This document shows, piece by piece, positions 42,843 to 53,445 of a stretch of DNA of 64,000 nucleotides (positions within the stretch are counted from its first letter, which is position 1; each line of letters starts with the position of its first letter). The notes under the pieces are model-generated. The model did no database searches. It was not told the origin of the DNA and saw only the letters and a list, made by a program, of their open reading frames with translations. The position numbers and the translations under genes are program-made. The stretch lies in the NCBI GenBank assembly GCA_022828125.1, contig JAJEJD010000015.1, positions 55,240 through 119,239 on the forward strand, in the 5' to 3' direction. The DNA comes from a bacterium (GTDB taxonomy: Bacteria; UBA8248).

Positions 42843-45551
42843 CTAATTCTCCCCGCTCTTCAGGAGTTGCCGCAGGACGTACTGCAGGATGCCGCCGTGC
42901 TGGTAGTAGGCCACCTCGTTGGGGGTGTCGATGCGCACGGTGGCGTCGAATACGATCGCCTGGCCGCCGCCCTCAGGCGTGGCGGTCACGCGAACCTCTT
43001 TCGCTTCGCCCTGCTCCACACCCTCAATGTCGAAGGTTTCGCGGCCCGTGAGTCCCAGACCCTCCGCCGAATCGCCCGGCTTGAACTGGAGCGGCAGCAC
43101 GCCCATCCCCACCAGGTTCGAGCGGTGGATGCGCTCGAAGCTCTCGGCGATGACGGCCCGGATGCCGAGCAGGCTCGACCCCTTGGCGGCCCAGTCGCGC
43201 GAGGAGCCCGTGCCGTACTCCTTGCCACCCAGGACGACGAGGGGGATCCCCGCCTCCTGGTACTGCATCGCCGCGTCGTAGATGGGCATGACCTCGTTCG
43301 TGGGGAAGTAGGTGGTGAAGCCGCCCTCGGTGCCCGGCGCCGCCCGGTTGCGCAGGCGCACGTTCGAGAAGGTGCCGCGCATCATCACCTCGTGGTTCCC
43401 GCGGCGCGAGCCATAGGAGTTGAAATTATCTGGCAGCACGTCGTTCATCACCAGGAAATGCCCGCCCGGGCTGTCGCGCTTGATGGAGCCGGCGGGCGAG
43501 ATGTGGTCCGTCGTCACCGAATCGCCCAATAGTGCCAAGCAGCGCGCGCCTGCGATGTCCTCGACCGGCTCGGGTTCGGCCTTCATGCCGTCGAAATAGG
43601 GAGCCTTCCGGATATAGGTGGACATGTCGTCCCAATCGAAAAGGCCGCCCTCGGGCGTGGGGATGCCCTGCCAGCGCAGGTCGCCCCGGAACACGTCGCC
43701 GTAGCTTTTCTGGAACATGTCAGCCTTCACGTGGTTCATCACCACGTCCTGTAGCTCGCTCTGCGTGGGCCAGATGTCTTTCAAGTAGACGGGGTTTCCA
43801 TCCCCATCCTCGCCCAGGGGGTCTCGCGTGATGTCGAGGTCCATGCGGCCTGCGATGGCGTAGGCCACCACCAGGGGCGGCGAGGCCAGGAAGTTCATGC
43901 GCACCTCCGCGTGCACGCGGCCCTCGAAGTTCCGGTTGCCCGAAAGCACCGAGCAGGCGACCAGGTCGCCCTCGGCCACGGCCTGGGAGATGTGCGCGGG
44001 CAGAGGCCCCGAGTTCCCGATGCAGGTCGTGCAGCCGTATCCCACGTTGTGGAAGCCGAGCGCTTCGAGATAGGGCGTGAGGCCCGCGCTCTGAAGATAT
44101 TCCGTCACCACCATCGAGCCCGGCGCGAGCGAGGTCTTGACCCAGGGCTTGGCTTTCAGGCCGCGCTCGGCGGCTTTTTTCGCCACGAGGCCTGCGCCCA
44201 GCATGACGGTGGGGTTCGAGGTGTTCGTGCAGCTCGTAATCGCCGCGATGACGACCGCCCCGTGCGTTATCTCGTAGGTCTTCGTTCCATCGCGCACGGT
44301 GACGGCGGCGGGCGCCACGGCCGTGCCGCCGCCATCGCCTCCGCCGAGTTCCGTGAGCATCTTGTCCAGTTCGCGCTCGAAGGTGGCGCTCGCCTCGGTG
44401 AGGACGATGCGGTCCTGGGGCCGCTTGGGACCCGAGATGCTCGGGACGACGTCGCCGAGTTCAAGCTCCAGCGTGTCGGAGTAGACGGCCTCGGGGGAAT
44501 CCGCCTCGCGGAACATGCCCTGCGCTTTCGCGTAGGCTTCCACGAGCGCGATTTGCTCCGCCGGCCTGTTCGTGAGCTCCATGTACTTGAGGGTTTCGCC
44601 ATCGATGGGGAAGATGCCGCAGGTCGCGCCGTATTCGGGCGCCATGTTGGCGAGCGTCGCGCGGTCGGCGAGCGGCAGGTTGTCGAGACCCGGGCCGTAG
44701 AACTCGACGAACTTGCCCACGACGCCCTTCTCCCGCAGCATCTGCACGACCACGAGGACGAGGTCGGTCGCCGTGGCGCCCTCTCTCAGATCGCCCGAGA
44801 GACGGAAGCCCACCACGTCGGGAATGAGCATCGAGTAGGGCTGGCCCAGCATGGCGGCTTCGGCCTCGATGCCGCCCACGCCCCAGCCCAGGACGCCGAT
44901 GCCGTTGATCATCGTGGTGTGCGAGTCCGTGCCCACGACGGTATCGGGGAAGGCGCGCGTGACGCCTCCTTTTTCGTCCGTCCCCACCACCGGGGCGAGG
45001 AATTCCAGGTTCACCTGGTGGACGATGCCGGTGTCGGGCGGCACCGCGCGGAAGTTGTCGAACGCATTCTGCGCCCAGCGCAGGAAGGCGTAGCGCTCGG
45101 TGTTGCGATCGTATTCGAGCTGCGCGTTGTTCTCGAGCGCCGTCTCGGTGCCGAACTCGTCCACCTGCACGGAGTGGTCGATCACCAGGTCGACGGGCTG
45201 TAAGGGATTGATGAGGTCGGGGTCGCCGCCCAGGTCCTTCATGGCATCGCGCATGGCGGCCAAGTCCACCACCACGGGAACGCCCGTGAAGTCCTGCAGC
45301 AGCACGCGGCTCGGCATGAAGCCGATTTCTTTCGCCTCGGGGTTTTTCGCGTCCCAGGAGGCGAGCGCCTCGACGTCGGCGGCGCGCACGGAGCGCCCGT
45401 CCTCGTTTCTGAGGAGGTTCTCCAGCAGGACCTTCATGGCGAAGGGGAGCCGCGCGACGTCGCCCTTGTCATTCAGCGCGTCGATTCTGTAGATTTCGTA
45501 GGTTTTCCCGCCGACTTCGAGTTGTGAGCGGGCGTTGAAGCTGTTGGTCAT
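42843..45551 (-). CDS. acnA: Aconitate hydratase A
   Basis: [41 protein letters not shown]. Confidence 0.98.
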   Translation of the reverse strand: MTNSFNARSQLEVGGKTYEIYRIDALNDKGDVARLPFAMKVLLENLLRNEDGRSVRAADVEALASWDAKNPEAKEIGFMPSRVLLQDFTGVPVVVDLAAMRDAMKDLGGDPDLINPLQPVDLVIDHSVQVDEFGTETALENNAQLEYDRNTERYAFLRWAQNAFDNFRAVPPDTGIVHQVNLEFLAPVVGTDEKGGVTRAFPDTVVGTDSHTTMINGIGVLGWGVGGIEAEAAMLGQPYSMLIPDVVGFRLSGDLREGATATDLVLVVVQMLREKGVVGKFVEFYGPGLDNLPLADRATLANMAPEYGATCGIFPIDGETLKYMELTNRPAEQIALVEAYAKAQGMFREADSPEAVYSDTLELELGDVVPSISGPKRPQDRIVLTEASATFERELDKMLTELGGGDGGGTAVAPAAVTVRDGTKTYEITHGAVVIAAITSCTNTSNPTVMLGAGLVAKKAAERGLKAKPWVKTSLAPGSMVVTEYLQSAGLTPYLEALGFHNVGYGCTTCIGNSGPLPAHISQAVAEGDLVACSVLSGNRNFEGRVHAEVRMNFLASPPLVVAYAIAGRMDLDITRDPLGEDGDGNPVYLKDIWPTQSELQDVVMNHVKADMFQKSYGDVFRGDLRWQGIPTPEGGLFDWDDMSTYIRKAPYFDGMKAEPEPVEDIAGARCLALLGDSVTTDHISPAGSIKRDSPGGHFLVMNDVLPDNFNSYGSRRGNHEVMMRGTFSNVRLRNRAAPGTEGGFTTYFPTNEVMPIYDAAMQYQEAGIPLVVLGGKEYGTGSSRDWAAKGSSLLGIRAVIAESFERIHRSNLVGMGVLPLQFKPGDSAEGLGLTGRETFDIEGVEQGEAKEVRVTATPEGGGQAIVFDATVRIDTPNEVAYYQHGGILQYVLRQLLKSGEN

Positions 45552-45787
45552 CTTTCACCTCTTTCGGACGGGAAATCCGCCTCCCCGAGAAGCCACCGGG
45601 AAAACACCCCCCACCCCGTCAAGCGCTCGTTGCTTCCGAGGCCGGCCCCGGAGGCCAGCTCAGGGCAAAAGCTATAACTGATTGAATCATATTGGATTGC
45701 AGAAATACCGACTTTCTATTGATGAGATAATACCACAGATGGGCGCAAAGAACGAGGGCGATCCGAAACCCGCGCCCGGGAGCGTTC

Positions 45788-46222
45788 TTACGCTTCTTTG
45801 ACGACCATATAGGTGGCCGAGGCGAAACAAATGAGCCTTTCCGCATCGTCCAGGATGCGGATTTCCCAAACGGAAGTCTTTCGCCCCAGGTGCAGGGCCT
45901 TCGCCTCGCCGACGAGGGTTCCCTCCTTCACGGGACGGACGAAGTTCACCTTCATCTCCACCGTCACCACCTCGGTGCCGACCGGGTAGCTCACGTAGCT
46001 GCCGACGCCGCCTACGGTGTCGGCGAGTGAGGCCAGCGCGCCGCCGTGGACGATCCCGAAGGGTTGATGCAGCTTCGGCTCCACGGGCATCGCGACGCGG
46101 GCGAAGCCCTCTTCGGCTTCCAGAACCTCGAAACCCAGGAGATCGTTGAAATTCCCCTGCCAGCGGGCCTGGAACACCCGCTCGACCTCTTCTCTCGTCC
46201 ATGAGCGACCCATCGTCATCAC
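45788..46222 (-). CDS. PaaI family thioesterase
   Basis: QPFGIVHGGALASLAD. Confidence 0.92.
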   Translation of the reverse strand: MMTMGRSWTREEVERVFQARWQGNFNDLLGFEVLEAEEGFARVAMPVEPKLHQPFGIVHGGALASLADTVGGVGSYVSYPVGTEVVTVEMKVNFVRPVKEGTLVGEAKALHLGRKTSVWEIRILDDAERLICFASATYMVVKEA

Positions 46223-46346
46223 CTCAAACGCGCGCGCCTCGCGTGAGAGCCATGCGCGTGAAAAAAGTCCAGGAATTCACAGGAAAACCAACGACGAAAC
46301 GGAACCTTCCCGGAAAGGCCGGAGAGCCTGCACGAAACGCCGCAAC

Positions 46347-46616
46347 CTACGCCGATCTTTTGAGCAGGACCGCCAGGGCTTCGGTTGATTTCTCCAAAGA
46401 TCCGTTAGATTTTTCTAATGATTCGAGCGTTTTCTGCAACGCTTCCCTGCCCTCCCGGCCCTGGACGATGATTGCATCGAGCGCCTTCTCCCTTTGTCTC
46501 GTTGCTTCCCGCATGGTGTAAAGGCCGTACCAGATCAAGGCGCTTTGCGTAACGCCCACGACGAATTGCGCGATAGCTATGAGGTCTCCCGTGTTGATCG
46601 GCTGCAAATCGATCAT
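46347..46616 (-). CDS. Small TM plus coiled-coil hypothetical protein
   Basis: VG..Q..LI..GL..MR.A...R.KALD pattern shared with 48755-49219; RBS gagagga. Confidence 0.65.
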   Translation of the reverse strand: MIDLQPINTGDLIAIAQFVVGVTQSALIWYGLYTMREATRQREKALDAIIVQGREGREALQKTLESLEKSNGSLEKSTEALAVLLKRSA

Positions 46617-46718
46617 CTTTCCGCATCCTCTCTTTCCGGGTCCTCATTCAGGTTATCGGAGTTATCTCGTGAACATTATAGAACCAAAACGCGGGATGAG
46701 CGCAAATGCGCTCGCCGC

Positions 46719-47261
46719 TCATCGGGAGGAAGTACGGGCTGGATTCCCCATGTGTTGTGCGGCTTCCGTGTGGTTTCGGCGGTTCCGCTGTCCGAAACTC
46801 TCTATCGACTTGGCGATGCCAGCAAGGGACTTTGGAGGACCATATAATCCTCTGGTATCCAGTTCTCGCAATCTCGATGTTTCCCAATCCGCCAGACACT
46901 TGAATACGGTGGATACGACTTGCCCTCTGGACTTGATGCGGGAAACGTCTTTCCCCTCCTGCTCCAGGAAGGCGCGGACGTGGTTGACGTTCGGCATGAA
47001 GGCCTTGTCCTCATATTTCTTCGCAAGCGTCATCAGGACGCTCTTTTTCCTTTCATCCGACAACGCCAAAGAACCTACGATAGAAACTGCGTTTGGTTTA
47101 GGCCTTGGTTTTTTAACTCGTTTGACTGAGGAGCTTTTTGAAGCAGGAGCGCGTTTGAGCTTAGGGTCGAAATCCTCAAGCGCTTCACGAACTATCTCAT
47201 ACCCGCAATCATCAACAAGGGTCGACAACAAGTTTCGCAATTCGTTCTTTTGCACGCTCAA
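46719..47261 (-). CDS. Hypothetical protein coupled to ParA
   Basis: 180-aa basic ORF with a 4-bp overlap with the ParA gene. Confidence 0.65.
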   Translation of the reverse strand: MSVQKNELRNLLSTLVDDCGYEIVREALEDFDPKLKRAPASKSSSVKRVKKPRPKPNAVSIVGSLALSDERKKSVLMTLAKKYEDKAFMPNVNHVRAFLEQEGKDVSRIKSRGQVVSTVFKCLADWETSRLRELDTRGLYGPPKSLAGIAKSIESFGQRNRRNHTEAAQHMGNPARTSSR

Positions 47262-48130
47262 CCCTCCCTGGGCGATAATCCTATCATCTCCAGAAACTCA
47301 TTCGCGATTTTTTGAGATTCTCCCCAAGCATTTCCTGTATGTGATGCGTACTCTTCTTTAGCCATTTTAGGGTATCCACGCGAGTGAGTCATCTCATTGC
47401 TCATAACAGGCCATCCGTACTCTCCCGCTTTTTCGCGAATTTCTTCCCTAGAATCCCTGTGGTGTGGTCCTCGCGGAGACCACTGTGTCTCGCTGTTGTT
47501 AATCAACACGCCGCACACATCAATGGCATGAGTGGGATTTTCCGATCTGAAATCCTCCAGAGATTCTTGCAATAGAGGGAAACCAATTGTGGAGAAAAAT
47601 TCCGTCCGCACCGGAACGAGAACATAGCGCGACGCATGATACGCCGTCCTGGTAAGCACTGATTCGGTCGGAGCGCAATCAATCAGAATCAGATCTTTAT
47701 TTTTCATTTCATGAGCGATATATCTCGCCAGCACTGGCTCATCGACACGAACAGATTCAATCAGGTTGTTCGCGAAATCGAATCTCGACGGAATGAGATG
47801 GAAATTCTCTTTCTGCTCCCACCGAGAGCCCACCCTTTTGAGAACATTCTCCAAAGGCGCAGGAGCCGACCGCTCAGAAGATGGGGGCAAGTAGCCGTTG
47901 AAAAGTTCCACAACAGAAGGTTCTCTATTCTCCATGAACTGCTTATAATCGTTTTCCGTCATGAGCGCCTGGCTCAGATTCGCTTGTGGATCCAAATCAA
48001 CAGCCAGCACGTTCAAATTCTTGCGTACGGCGTATCTTGCCAGCAATGCCGCGACCGTCGTTTTCCCAACGCCGCCTTTCAAGTTGATTACTGATACAAC
48101 GACAGGGTTCCTCCTGGTTTCTTCCAACAC
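47258..48130 (-). CDS. ParA family ATPase
   Basis: NLKGGVGKTT, DLDPQANL, IDCAP. Confidence 0.92.
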   Translation of the reverse strand: MLEETRRNPVVVSVINLKGGVGKTTVAALLARYAVRKNLNVLAVDLDPQANLSQALMTENDYKQFMENREPSVVELFNGYLPPSSERSAPAPLENVLKRVGSRWEQKENFHLIPSRFDFANNLIESVRVDEPVLARYIAHEMKNKDLILIDCAPTESVLTRTAYHASRYVLVPVRTEFFSTIGFPLLQESLEDFRSENPTHAIDVCGVLINNSETQWSPRGPHHRDSREEIREKAGEYGWPVMSNEMTHSRGYPKMAKEEYASHTGNAWGESQKIANEFLEMIGLSPREG

Positions 48131-48288
48131 TCCATCCTCCGCTGCTGTTCACATGAAGGCGGCATTACAACCCATCGGCAAGAGTTTTAAGAGGACTGTG
48201 CGTAAGTGTGGCGTACCCGCAGACTATTTTCGGGCTCCCTGCGACCATTTCCGCGATACGGGTGAGAACGGTGCTCCCGAAGGTCCGA

Positions 48289-48603
48289 TCAGCCGAAGAT
48301 CTGTGTCGGCACGCGGCCCCATTCGGCGGGGTCGGTGAGGATGTCGCCGCCCTCGCCCTCGTAGGAGAAGAAAAGGAGTTCGGTTTCCGTTTTCTTGCCC
48401 TTCTTTTCCAGACGCCGCACGGTGATGGTCGGCACGTGGACGCCGAGTTCGAAGTTTTTGGCGTGGCTCACCGAGACGCTCGCGCCGAACTTGGCGGCGC
48501 AGCTTTCGAGTTGTTCCCTCGTCGTCTTCACCCGACCGTCCGCGAGGATCTCCCCGCCGAAATTCTCCGTGAGGTCGACCACAAAAATTTCTGGCTCCAG
48601 CAT
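48289..48603 (-). CDS. Hypothetical protein
   Basis: 104-aa ORF with RBS aagggag and host-like codon use. Confidence 0.6.
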   Translation of the reverse strand: MLEPEIFVVDLTENFGGEILADGRVKTTREQLESCAAKFGASVSVSHAKNFELGVHVPTITVRRLEKKGKKTETELLFFSYEGEGGDILTDPAEWGRVPTQIFG

Positions 48604-48754
48604 GATGGCGCATTCTCCCTTGAAACGTGATGAACGAAACACCCCTTTCGGGGCCTGCGAAAGCGCGGAGTCTAGCAGAAAGGGGACGGGGTGAGAAAGG
48701 GGGCGGGGGCGAAACGGAACGCAGCGGATTCAACAGATTATATAAAGACGCCTT

Positions 48755-49219
48755 TCAATCGGCGGACGTACGCTCGATGAGCGCGTTCAAGGCCCGCATG
48801 TTTTCCTCGTGATTGGCTTTGTTCACTTCGATGAGCGCGCGAAGCGCCGTCATGTTTTCTTCGTGACTCGTTCTGTTTCGTTCGATGAGTTCGCGCAACG
48901 CCACCATGTTTTCAGCGTGGTTGGCCATGCTTTCTTCGTGGTTGGACCGGGTGCGTTCGATAAGTTCGTCGAGCGCCTTGTCCCGCGTAATCGCCGCGCG
49001 GCGCATGTATAAAAGACCCACCCCGATCATGAGGCACTGCGCGAATCCCACCGCGCCGGCGACCCATACGCCCGCGTATTGCGCCGCAATAGCCGCTTCC
49101 TGCAATTTGAGGCTTGCGTTTTGAAAGTCTATGGTCGCCTTCTGAAAGACCGTGGTCGCGTTCTGAAAGGCGATGGTTGATTTCTGAAAAGCGATAGTGG
49201 CGATCTCGAATTCCGTCAT
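48755..49219 (-). CDS. TM plus coiled-coil protein with internal tandem repeats
   Basis: Heptad repeats TIAFQKS/TIAFQNA/TTVFQKA/TIDFQNA and 18-aa repeats LIE....NHEENM.AL. Confidence 0.75.
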   Translation of the reverse strand: MTEFEIATIAFQKSTIAFQNATTVFQKATIDFQNASLKLQEAAIAAQYAGVWVAGAVGFAQCLMIGVGLLYMRRAAITRDKALDELIERTRSNHEESMANHAENMVALRELIERNRTSHEENMTALRALIEVNKANHEENMRALNALIERTSAD

Positions 49220-49439
49220 TCCCGTTCCCTTTTAGGTTGTCCCGAGAGTCGCAAGATCATATTACCAAATCACGATACGTCAGACAAATTCGCCCATACG
49301 TCGTTTCGGGATCAAGCAGGGGAACTATCAAAGGTTCATGGGAAATTTTCCCTTGGGGTAAAATTCAGCAATCCGGGTGCACAAGTGAGGACTTCCGAGC
49401 CTTCCCCTGAAAACAGCGTCGAGACCCCTCCCCAAATCC

Positions 49440-50210
49440 CTACCAATCCCAGAACAGCGTATACGCCCTTCCGGTGACGGGGCCGGTTTCGCGCCACTCC
49501 AGGCGGGTCTGGCCGGTTTCGTTCAAATGGCGGGGATAGACGCGGCGCTTGTTGAAGCTGTTCGACGCCCCCTGGGACTCCTCGCGCCGCGCGCCCACGA
49601 GCTTGCGGCCGGGGGGGATGAGCACCTCCAGGTGAAATTCGTCGGTGGGGTATTCCACCACGAGAGTGACCCACTCGTTTCGCGTCGTGAACGAATCGTG
49701 AAGAACGATCTCGTGGCGGAGTTCGAAGCGCGCGCCCGCGCGAATCGGCCCGGGCAGGGGCAAATGCGCGGAATAATCCGCCCCCGCACCCTTTTCTATC
49801 CGGTATTCCAGGGGCGTCCAGGGGGCTTCGGCGGCGCCGTCTCCGGCAAGACGGTAGGAGTAGGCCACCTCCCTGTCGCCGCTGCCGGTATGATAGCGCG
49901 TCCTCACCCGGGGCAGCTCCCGCCGGGCCACGCAGCGCCGCACGCTCTCCATGCGCGCGGTGCGGCCGTCGACGTCTCCTATCGTATACAAGCGGGAGTG
50001 GAGGAGGACATGGTAGTCGTACTCGTCCTCCTCGCCGCCACCCGCCGCGGGGACGGATTCTGCGGAGCGGGTTCGTTCTTCCAGGCGCAGGACGCGCGCT
50101 TCGAGCGCATCGAGCTTATCCGAGAGTTCTTCCTGGCTCTTGAGAATCGAAGAGATGCCGCTGGAGAGCTCTTTGAGGAGGTCTGCTGTTTCCGGACTTT
50201 CATCCGCCAT
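49440..50210 (-). CDS. Hypothetical protein (coiled-coil N-terminus, beta-rich C-terminus)
   Basis: Long ORF with GC-rich codon use ending YTLFWDW. Confidence 0.7.
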   Translation of the reverse strand: MADESPETADLLKELSSGISSILKSQEELSDKLDALEARVLRLEERTRSAESVPAAGGGEEDEYDYHVLLHSRLYTIGDVDGRTARMESVRRCVARRELPRVRTRYHTGSGDREVAYSYRLAGDGAAEAPWTPLEYRIEKGAGADYSAHLPLPGPIRAGARFELRHEIVLHDSFTTRNEWVTLVVEYPTDEFHLEVLIPPGRKLVGARREESQGASNSFNKRRVYPRHLNETGQTRLEWRETGPVTGRAYTLFWDW

Positions 50211-50351
50211 GTCGGTGCATCCATCGCGCTGCATTGTGTCGCGCATTAACCCGCATTTGCCGTGTATGTGTCTCCCTGGGGGAGAGGTATACCAACATAC
50301 CGGGCGCGCGGGCAAGGAGCGTCTCCCGCACCTCGCTCTCCCGGAAATCAA

Positions 50352-50407
50352 TTCCGAAAAATACGATAAATATCGATAAATTCACGGGGTTTTTCGATAA
50401 ATTTCAT
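50352..50407. promoter_or_regulatory. Phased CGATAAAT operator-like motif (copy 2)
   Basis: ttccgaaaaatacgataaatatcgataaattcacggggtttttcgataaatt. Confidence 0.6.
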
Positions 50408-50425
50408 AATAATTAACTAATTGAT

Positions 50426-51517
50426 CTATAGTGGGTTAAGCTGTTTCAGGGCGTTTCGGCCGGACAAGCGGCCGGCGTCGGCCAACTGTCCGCACGCCGC
50501 GAGAATGTCGCTCCCCTTGGGGGTGCGCGTGGTGGCCACCACCCCCGCCGCCAGGAGGATGCGGCGGAATTCCTCGACGCGCCCGTCGTCGGGCCGCTCG
50601 AAGGGAGTTCCCGGAAACGGATTCCAGGGTATGAGATTCACCTTGCATTTCAGCCCCTCCAGGAGCCTCGAGAGCTTCTTCGCGTCTGTTTTCGTGTCAT
50701 TTACCCCCCGGAGCATGACGTATTCAAAGGTGATGCGGCGGCGCTCACCCATCGGCAACTCCCGGCATTCATCGAGCAGCGCCCTCAGATTCCACTTGCG
50801 GTTCACCGGAACGAGTTTTCCTCTGGTTTCATCATCCGCCGCATGCAGCGATACGGCCAGACCCACGCCCGGAACGGCGGAGACGAAACGTTTCAGCCTC
50901 GAGGCGACCCCCACCGTCGACACGGTCAGCCTCCGGGGGCTGACGCCGTTCGCCTGCGGGTGCGTGAGAATCTTCACGGCCTTTACGGTGGCGTCGAAAT
51001 TATCGAGCGGCTCCCCCATTCCCATGAACACGACGTTGTGCAAGCGCTCCCCCGGGGCAAGGAGGTCTCTTGCAGCCAGGAACTGACCGACGATCTCACC
51101 GGCCGTCAACTGCCGGACGAAACCCATCTTCGCCGTCAGACAAAATGCGCACCCCATCGCACATCCGACCTGTGTGGAGACGCAAAGAGACCACCGCATG
51201 ACGCCGCTTACGTTTCTCATAGGTATCCGGACGCTCTCGACCCGCGCGCCGTCACGCAGACGCCACAAATATTTCTCCGTGCCGTCCGTGCTTTTGCTCT
51301 CCCGGTCGAGTTCGAGAGCCTCCAGACGAGCCGCTTCCCCGAGCTTTGCCCGAAAACCCTTGGGGATATTGGTCATTTGGGAGAACTTGCTCACACCATG
51401 GGCATACAGCCATGAGAATATCTGCCGGCCTCTGTAGGGGGGTTCCCCCATCTCCCCGCACAGCGAGACGAGCTCCTCCTCATCCATGCCGAGGAGCCCG
51501 ACAGGCCGAGCGGACAT
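50426..51517 (-). CDS. rlmN: 23S rRNA A2503 C2-methyltransferase
   Basis: CVSTQVGCAMGCAFC, FMGMGEP, SLHA, AACGQL. Confidence 0.96.
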   Translation of the reverse strand: MSARPVGLLGMDEEELVSLCGEMGEPPYRGRQIFSWLYAHGVSKFSQMTNIPKGFRAKLGEAARLEALELDRESKSTDGTEKYLWRLRDGARVESVRIPMRNVSGVMRWSLCVSTQVGCAMGCAFCLTAKMGFVRQLTAGEIVGQFLAARDLLAPGERLHNVVFMGMGEPLDNFDATVKAVKILTHPQANGVSPRRLTVSTVGVASRLKRFVSAVPGVGLAVSLHAADDETRGKLVPVNRKWNLRALLDECRELPMGERRRITFEYVMLRGVNDTKTDAKKLSRLLEGLKCKVNLIPWNPFPGTPFERPDDGRVEEFRRILLAAGVVATTRTPKGSDILAACGQLADAGRLSGRNALKQLNPL

Positions 51518-51656
51518 CGATCGCTCCACCCGGACAGTTGCGATTTTCGATAGCGAGTCATTTTTCATGGACAGGCTCATGATGTTATGGTTTGCCCGTT
51601 TCGTTTCCGGCTCGAATCATAACATGGTTGTCCATAACCGGATGGAAAGCACTCAT

Positions 51657-52292
51657 ATGAGCATACGCGCGCTTCTTTTAGACCACGACGGCACGCTTGT
51701 CGACAGCTACGACGGCATCGCCAAGTGCATGCGCCTCATGTGCCGTGATCTGGGCGTGCCCGAAATGAGCGATGCGGACATTCTCGCATCCATCGGCCCT
51801 ACGCTCGAGGATAGATTCACCCAACTATGGGGCGAAGACATGGCCGAAGAGGCGGTACGCATCTACCGCTCCCATTACAAGATCCATAATGCCGCAGGCA
51901 CCCATATCATTCCCGGCGTGAAAAAAACACTCGAAACCCTCTCCCAACGAGGTATTCAGATGGCCTGCGTTTCGAACAAGGCCTGGTTCTTCTGCAAGGA
52001 GCAATTAGCCCACGTCGGGCTCTTGCCCTACATGCACGCGGTATTCGGTCACCGTCAGGGATATGCGCCGAAACCGGCCCCGGAAATGCTGTTCGCCGCC
52101 ATCGAATCGCTTAACGCGAAACCGGAGGAAGTCGTCATGGTCGGGGATACGACGACGGACTTACAAGCCGCTAGAAACGCATCCATCCCAGCATGGATCA
52201 TCAAGGGGAAATACTCCCGGCATGACGAGATAATGAAATCAAACCCGGACAGGTATCTGGAAAAATTAGAGGACATTCTCGACCTGATATAA
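51657..52292 (+). CDS. HAD hydrolase (phosphoglycolate phosphatase-like)
   Basis: DHDGTLVDS, SNK, KP.P, GD...D. Confidence 0.9.
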   Translation: MSIRALLLDHDGTLVDSYDGIAKCMRLMCRDLGVPEMSDADILASIGPTLEDRFTQLWGEDMAEEAVRIYRSHYKIHNAAGTHIIPGVKKTLETLSQRGIQMACVSNKAWFFCKEQLAHVGLLPYMHAVFGHRQGYAPKPAPEMLFAAIESLNAKPEEVVMVGDTTTDLQAARNASIPAWIIKGKYSRHDEIMKSNPDRYLEKLEDILDLI

Positions 52293-52494
52293 TTCGCCAC
52301 CTGCCGCTTGCGCGCTCGACGATGGTTTTCTATCTTTTATTCAGGGAATAGCGGCGTACGATGGCGCCGCCCTAAGTCCGCCGAATCATCTCGATTTTGC
52401 GCAAGAGTCCGTTCTTGCTCTTTCATCTCGCGGTTTTGTTTGAACCTGAATGGAAAGACGCGCCGCCCGAACCAATTCCAATGCTTTCCCCGGG

Positions 52495-53268
52495 ATGAAT
52501 CTCATGAACCTCGTCATCAGCGCCCTGATCGCCATTTACATTTTATTCCTGATACTCGAACTCAAAAATTTGCGCCTCGGGCAAAGTAAATACATATGGG
52601 CTGTTTCGAGACTCCCGCTGGCCGGAATCGCTCTTGCCGCCGTATGGATGCTCCATGCGCAGCCGCTACCCTCCATAACAAAACTGATGCAGTTAAAAAT
52701 TGCATTCCTCACTCCGAAAATTCATCTCGATGAACAAATGAAGACGACGACAAGTGGAAATTTCACGGCAGGAAAACCCGGGATTTTTTGGCACATTCAT
52801 CATTACGCCAGACTCTATGAGGTCGACCCCCTGTTGGTGCGAGCCGTCATCGAGGTGGAAAGCAACTTCGATCCAAAGGCCGTTTCCCGGGATGGGGCTA
52901 AAGGACTGATGCAAATCAACCCGATTACCGCCGAACATTTGGGTCTCAACGATGCTTTCGACATCCGGGAAAACATCGAGGGCGGCGTACGTTATCTACG
53001 ATATTTACTTGAGCTATACGGTTGGAACTTGCATAAAACGCTGGCCTCATACAATGCGGGGCCCGCCAACATAAAACGCTATAACGGGATTCCTCCCTTC
53101 CGGGAGACACGCCAGTATATCTCAAGGGTCATCAAAGTATATGAACGCCTCAAGAGAACGGATGAAGTCTTCAACGACGCCTCCCGGCTTTCAGCTTTGC
53201 GCCGTCCGTCGCCCGACACCGAAGTAAAAATGGATAGCTCCGCTCAGCGGCAAATCACGCAACAGTGA
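52495..53268 (+). CDS. Lytic transglycosylase (SLT domain)
   Basis: VESNF, GAKGLMQ, YNAG, ET..Y. Confidence 0.92.
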   Translation: MNLMNLVISALIAIYILFLILELKNLRLGQSKYIWAVSRLPLAGIALAAVWMLHAQPLPSITKLMQLKIAFLTPKIHLDEQMKTTTSGNFTAGKPGIFWHIHHYARLYEVDPLLVRAVIEVESNFDPKAVSRDGAKGLMQINPITAEHLGLNDAFDIRENIEGGVRYLRYLLELYGWNLHKTLASYNAGPANIKRYNGIPPFRETRQYISRVIKVYERLKRTDEVFNDASRLSALRRPSPDTEVKMDSSAQRQITQQ

Positions 53269-53445
53269 ACTTGAACACGAAAGGACTTGTTTCCATTCAG
53301 GAAAGCGCACCGTTTTTCTCAGCTTATGGCAATGATGCGTCGTTCTGGAATCACATTGCCAAACCATACGTGGGTTCTATATTTTACCATTCAAAGAAAC
53401 CACCCGGCCCCGATATATCAATAGCGCAACGCACCAGGACATAGA

